Source of the DNA: Octopus sinensis
Taxonomy: Eukaryota
Length of the DNA stretch: 64,000 bases
Reading direction: 5' to 3'
Assembly (NCBI RefSeq): GCF_006345805.1
Contig: NC_043016.1
Location: forward strand, 28,334,001 to 28,398,000
The notes under the pieces were generated by a model. That model made no database searches and had not been told where the DNA came from. It worked only from the letters and a program-made list of their open reading frames with translations. Positions 59,919 through 64,000 of this stretch are shown piece after piece (position 1 is the stretch's first letter; every line of letters starts with the position of its first letter). Both the position numbers and the translations under genes were made by a program.

Positions 59919-62850
59919 TATGAGAGACTTTGTTGCATGCAATCAAGCCTTATGCATAGCACTTACGGAAACACACCTGAAACTGGACATAGCAGATGCG
60001 GAATTACACATACCACAGTATGTTGTACTACAGACCGACAGAAAAGAAAGGAGTCATGGAGGAGTTGCTATGTACATCCGTGAGGACCTCACACCCCAGG
60101 TCCTTTTGTCATACTCAAACTCGGTGTGTGACACACTAATTGTACATATAAGGCGACTTGGTGTAGTTGTGTGTGCTACATATCGCCCTCCAGATGCCCC
60201 AAGCCATGTAGGCAAGTTTGAAGACTGCCTTATAAAAATAGAAGAAGGTCTAGTCACATTAGAACAACACATAAGTGTACTTCTTATGGGAGACTTCAAT
60301 CTACCCAATGTCAGATGGTCCGAGGACCTCTCTCTCCCAGGAATGACACAATGTGAACGAGGACAGGCGAGGTGCCTCCTGAACCTCATCAACACCCTGT
60401 ACATGGAGCTAGTAATACTCCAACCAACCAGGGCAGGTAACATACTGGATCTCTGCTTCACAAATAATATGGATCTCATCCATAATGTGAAAGTGACACC
60501 GACACTACTCTCAGATCACAACATGTACGATCCAAAGGAAAGCATGGACATGCAGCCTACAAGAAACTCTCAGAATCTTTCCAGCTTGAACTTCCATAAG
60601 GCAAACTGGAAACAAATTGAGAAAGAGATTCTCAAACAAAACTGGCCTGAATGTCTCTCCTCGCCAGACATCGACATGAAACTTCAACAATTCATGTCTG
60701 TAATGCAAGCCATATGCTACAAATGTGTCCCAGAGAGAAAAAAATTCTAATGAGACGGCGTACAAAAGTTTCAAATCGCCTAAACAAACAAATTGAAAGC
60801 AGTGAAAAGTCCCGCCTGAAAATAAAACTGTTGGAAATTGAAAAATGACTGCAACTCTCCCATGAAAAGGAAAGAGCAGACAAAGAAGCCTGGGCTATAG
60901 ACAACATAAAATCTAACCCCAGAGCTTTCTACAGGTATGCCAAAGAAACAGCTATGGTGCACTGTAGGATAGGGCCACTCCTTGAAAAGGATGGCACACT
61001 CACAGGAAATCCAATGAGGGTAAGTGAAATACTAAATGAGCAATTCAAGAGTATTTTCACTCCACCCCTAGGTCAGCAATCCAACTGACTTCTTTACCAC
61101 TGCAGATATAAAATCAGAGGCAGTGATGATTGATTACATCAATATAAAGGAAGACGATGTAATAAAGGCTATAGATGAAATGAAAACAAACTCAGCTACT
61201 GGCCCAGATGGATTCCCAGCAATCCTTCTAAAAGTATGTAAGAGAGTCCTAGCAAGACCACTGCAGTTCCTCTTTCAGAGCTTCCTTGCAACTGGCAAAC
61301 TTCCAAGAAAACTGAAGGAAGGTAAAATATGCCCTATTCATAAAGGAGGTAGCAGAGCGGAGGCCAAGAACTACAGACCTATCTCTCTGACCTTACACAT
61401 CAACAAGGTCATGGAACGAATAGTCAGAAGGAAACTAATCACCTTCCTTGAAGAAAATGACTTGCTGCCTGACACCCAACATGGTTTCCGACCAGGAAGA
61501 AGCTGCTTAACTCAGCTCCTACAACACTATGACTGGGTGCTGAAACGACTGCTCAACCACTCAAATGTGGAAGTGATATATCTCGACTTTGCAAAGGCCT
61601 TTGATAAAGTCGATCATGGAATGATATTTCACAAACTGTGTGATCTTGGCATAGTTGGAAAATTGGGAGAATGGCTTCATGACTTTCTGAAGGATAGAAG
61701 TCAGGTGGTAGTAGAAGTCAGGTGGTAGGGCCACTTCCATTAACACGCAAGTAGTGAGCGGTGTCCCGCAGGGTACTGTTTTGGGACCACTACTGTTCAT
61801 AATGGCCCTCTCAGACATGCCCTCAGCCACGCAGAGAGCCACGATCACAAGTTATGCAGATGATACAAAAGTTTCACAGGCAATACAGAACCCTGAAGAC
61901 ACTAAGCACCTGCAATGTGAGCTGGACAAAATATACAAGTGGGCTGAAAAGAATAGCATGCAGTTCAATGCTGAAAAGTTTCAAGCTTTATGCTATCAGC
62001 ATGCAAAACTAAATGCAATACCCAATGAATACACTGGACCTGGAGGGATTGCAATCCCAGAGGCACAATCAGTGCGTGACCTGGGTATTCACATGAGTGA
62101 TGACGCAACTTTTCATGTACATGTTGCTAAATTGGCAATGAAATGTAGACGGCTGGCTGGATGGATTCTTAGACCTTTAGAACAAGAGACCAAGAAACCA
62201 TGATGGTCCTCTGGAGGACACTTGTCCTAAGCCACTTTGACTATTGCTCTCAGCTATGGTCACCATCCAGTGTCAAGTTGATCACAGAACTTGAGGCAAT
62301 CCAACGAAGCTACACAAAGAAGATAGCCTCTGTGCAGCATATAAGCTACTGGGAAAGACTCAAGAGATTTAAACTCTATTCCTTGGAGCGTAGGCAAGAA
62401 AGATATGTCATAATATACATCTGGAAGATCCTGGAAGGACTTGTCCCAAACTTTGGCATCGAGAGTTACACAAATGCCAGAACTGGGCACCACTGCATGG
62501 TGCCAAGGACTCCAAATTTGCCATCAAGATGTAGGACAAGATACTGTGATAGCCTGAGCTTCAGAGGCCCACAGCTCTTCAATATCCTCCCGAAGAACCT
62601 GAGGAACCTGCATGGGGTGGATGCGGATGTCTTTAAAGTAGGACTGGATCTCTTCCTGTCAGGTGTCCCGGATGAACCAACTTCACGGCAGGAGATGCAG
62701 ATGAGGGCAGCTGCATTGAACTCTCTCATACACCAAATGGCAATTGCTAAAAAGCATTCGTGAAGTAAAATCATGTAGCAACACCAAATGGCGGTGCCCC
62801 AGCATGGCCACAGCTCGTGATAAGATAACATGAAAAAAAATAAAATAAAA
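59919..62850 (+). mobile_element. CR1-like LINE ORF2 (APE endonuclease plus RT), broken by stops and frameshifts
   Basis: [30 protein letters not shown]; GPDGFP, NYRPISLT, QHGFRPGRSC, YLDFAKAFDKV; GVPQGTVLGPLLF, YADDTK; DYCSQLWSP; ends ..aaataaaataaaa. Confidence 0.93.
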
Positions 62851-63325
62851 TACATATATATGTATATATACATATACATGTATATATACATATACATGTA
62901 TATACATGTATATATACATATACATGTATATATACATATACATGTATATACATGTATATATACATATACATGTATATATACATATACATGTATATATACA
63001 TATACATATATATATATATATATATACATATATATGTATATATACATATATATGTACAAATACATATATATGTATATATACATATATATACATATATATA
63101 TATATATACATATATACATATATATATATACATATATACATATATATATATACATATATATATATATACAAATACATATATATGTATATATACATATATA
63201 TGTACAAATACATATATATGTACAAATACATATATATGTATATATACATATATATACATATATATATATATACATATATATGTATATATACATATACACA
63301 TATATATATACATATACAGACACAT
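62851..63325. repeat. (TA)/(TACA)-based microsatellite
   Basis: Directly visible. Confidence 0.96.
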
Positions 63326-64000
63326 AATTTAATTCTATGTATTTATACAGCTGAGGATTGCTCTGCATTTAAACTGATGTAATGATTGCATTGTTCAATT
63401 AAATGGAGTCGCTTGAAATGATCGTACTGGATTCCCTCTGAATATCCTGTTGCTTATTTTGATTTTAATCACCTTATTTTGAAATGGTATGGATAATACC
63501 GTACTAAATTCTGGTGCCTCAACTTAGGTACCTAATTCATCTGAATCTAAATTTTTGCTATATATATATATATGTATATATTTGTCTGGAATTCCTCTGT
63601 TATTGCCTGGAGGACTGTGATATATATATATATATATAACACACACACATGTATATATATATATATATCTGTTTAGAGTACACTTAGCAGAGCTTGAGTG
63701 AATGAAGCTTGACCGGGTATGGAAATAAATGTAGCGATAAGCAAGTTAGAATAATCAATATATAATGCTTTACTATATTAATAAATGAAATACAAAAAAT
63801 GTATGTATGTTTACATGCAAAAAGGTCTGAGTTACACATAATAGAAACGATATAAAGGGTCAAAGGGTCTGAAACAAAATATTACAAACCAAACAGCTAT
63901 AAACTTTATTTTGAACCACTGAGCTCCCAGAAACAGCTGTTGGATTAGTAATACTTTTCTTCAACCCCTGTAATCCTCTATATCAGTGGTTCCCATACTT

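Overview
AT-rich, repeat-dense eukaryotic window. From its SINE/RTE tails and (TA)n/(CA)n load it is most likely a coleoid cephalopod (Octopus-type); this is an inference. Two convergent spliced genes were reconstructed by hand from GT-AG exons. (1) SYVN1/HRD1, the ERAD RING E3 ligase, on + (13 coding exons, 6850-34727, 571 aa in the window; first coding exon not found and probably upstream). (2) A divergent peroxiredoxin-5-like gene on - (5 coding exons, 50381-44800, 160 aa; start exon not found). It has VGAFTPGC instead of the canonical PGAFTPGC, a C-terminal CLLC, and no PTS1. Introns and intergenic DNA hold RTE, CR1-like and R4/Dong-like LINE remnants, tRNA-derived SINEs, hAT, Tigger and Helitron-like elements, MITEs, mini/microsatellites and one 100-N gap. 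The most notable non-coding signals are several minimal hammerhead-ribozyme motifs (one in a retrozyme-like 343-bp unit, two in a ~700-bp palindrome), a possible HDV-like ribozyme, and an ~85% AT island of unknown origin. Most supplied ORFs are microsatellite or TE artefacts.
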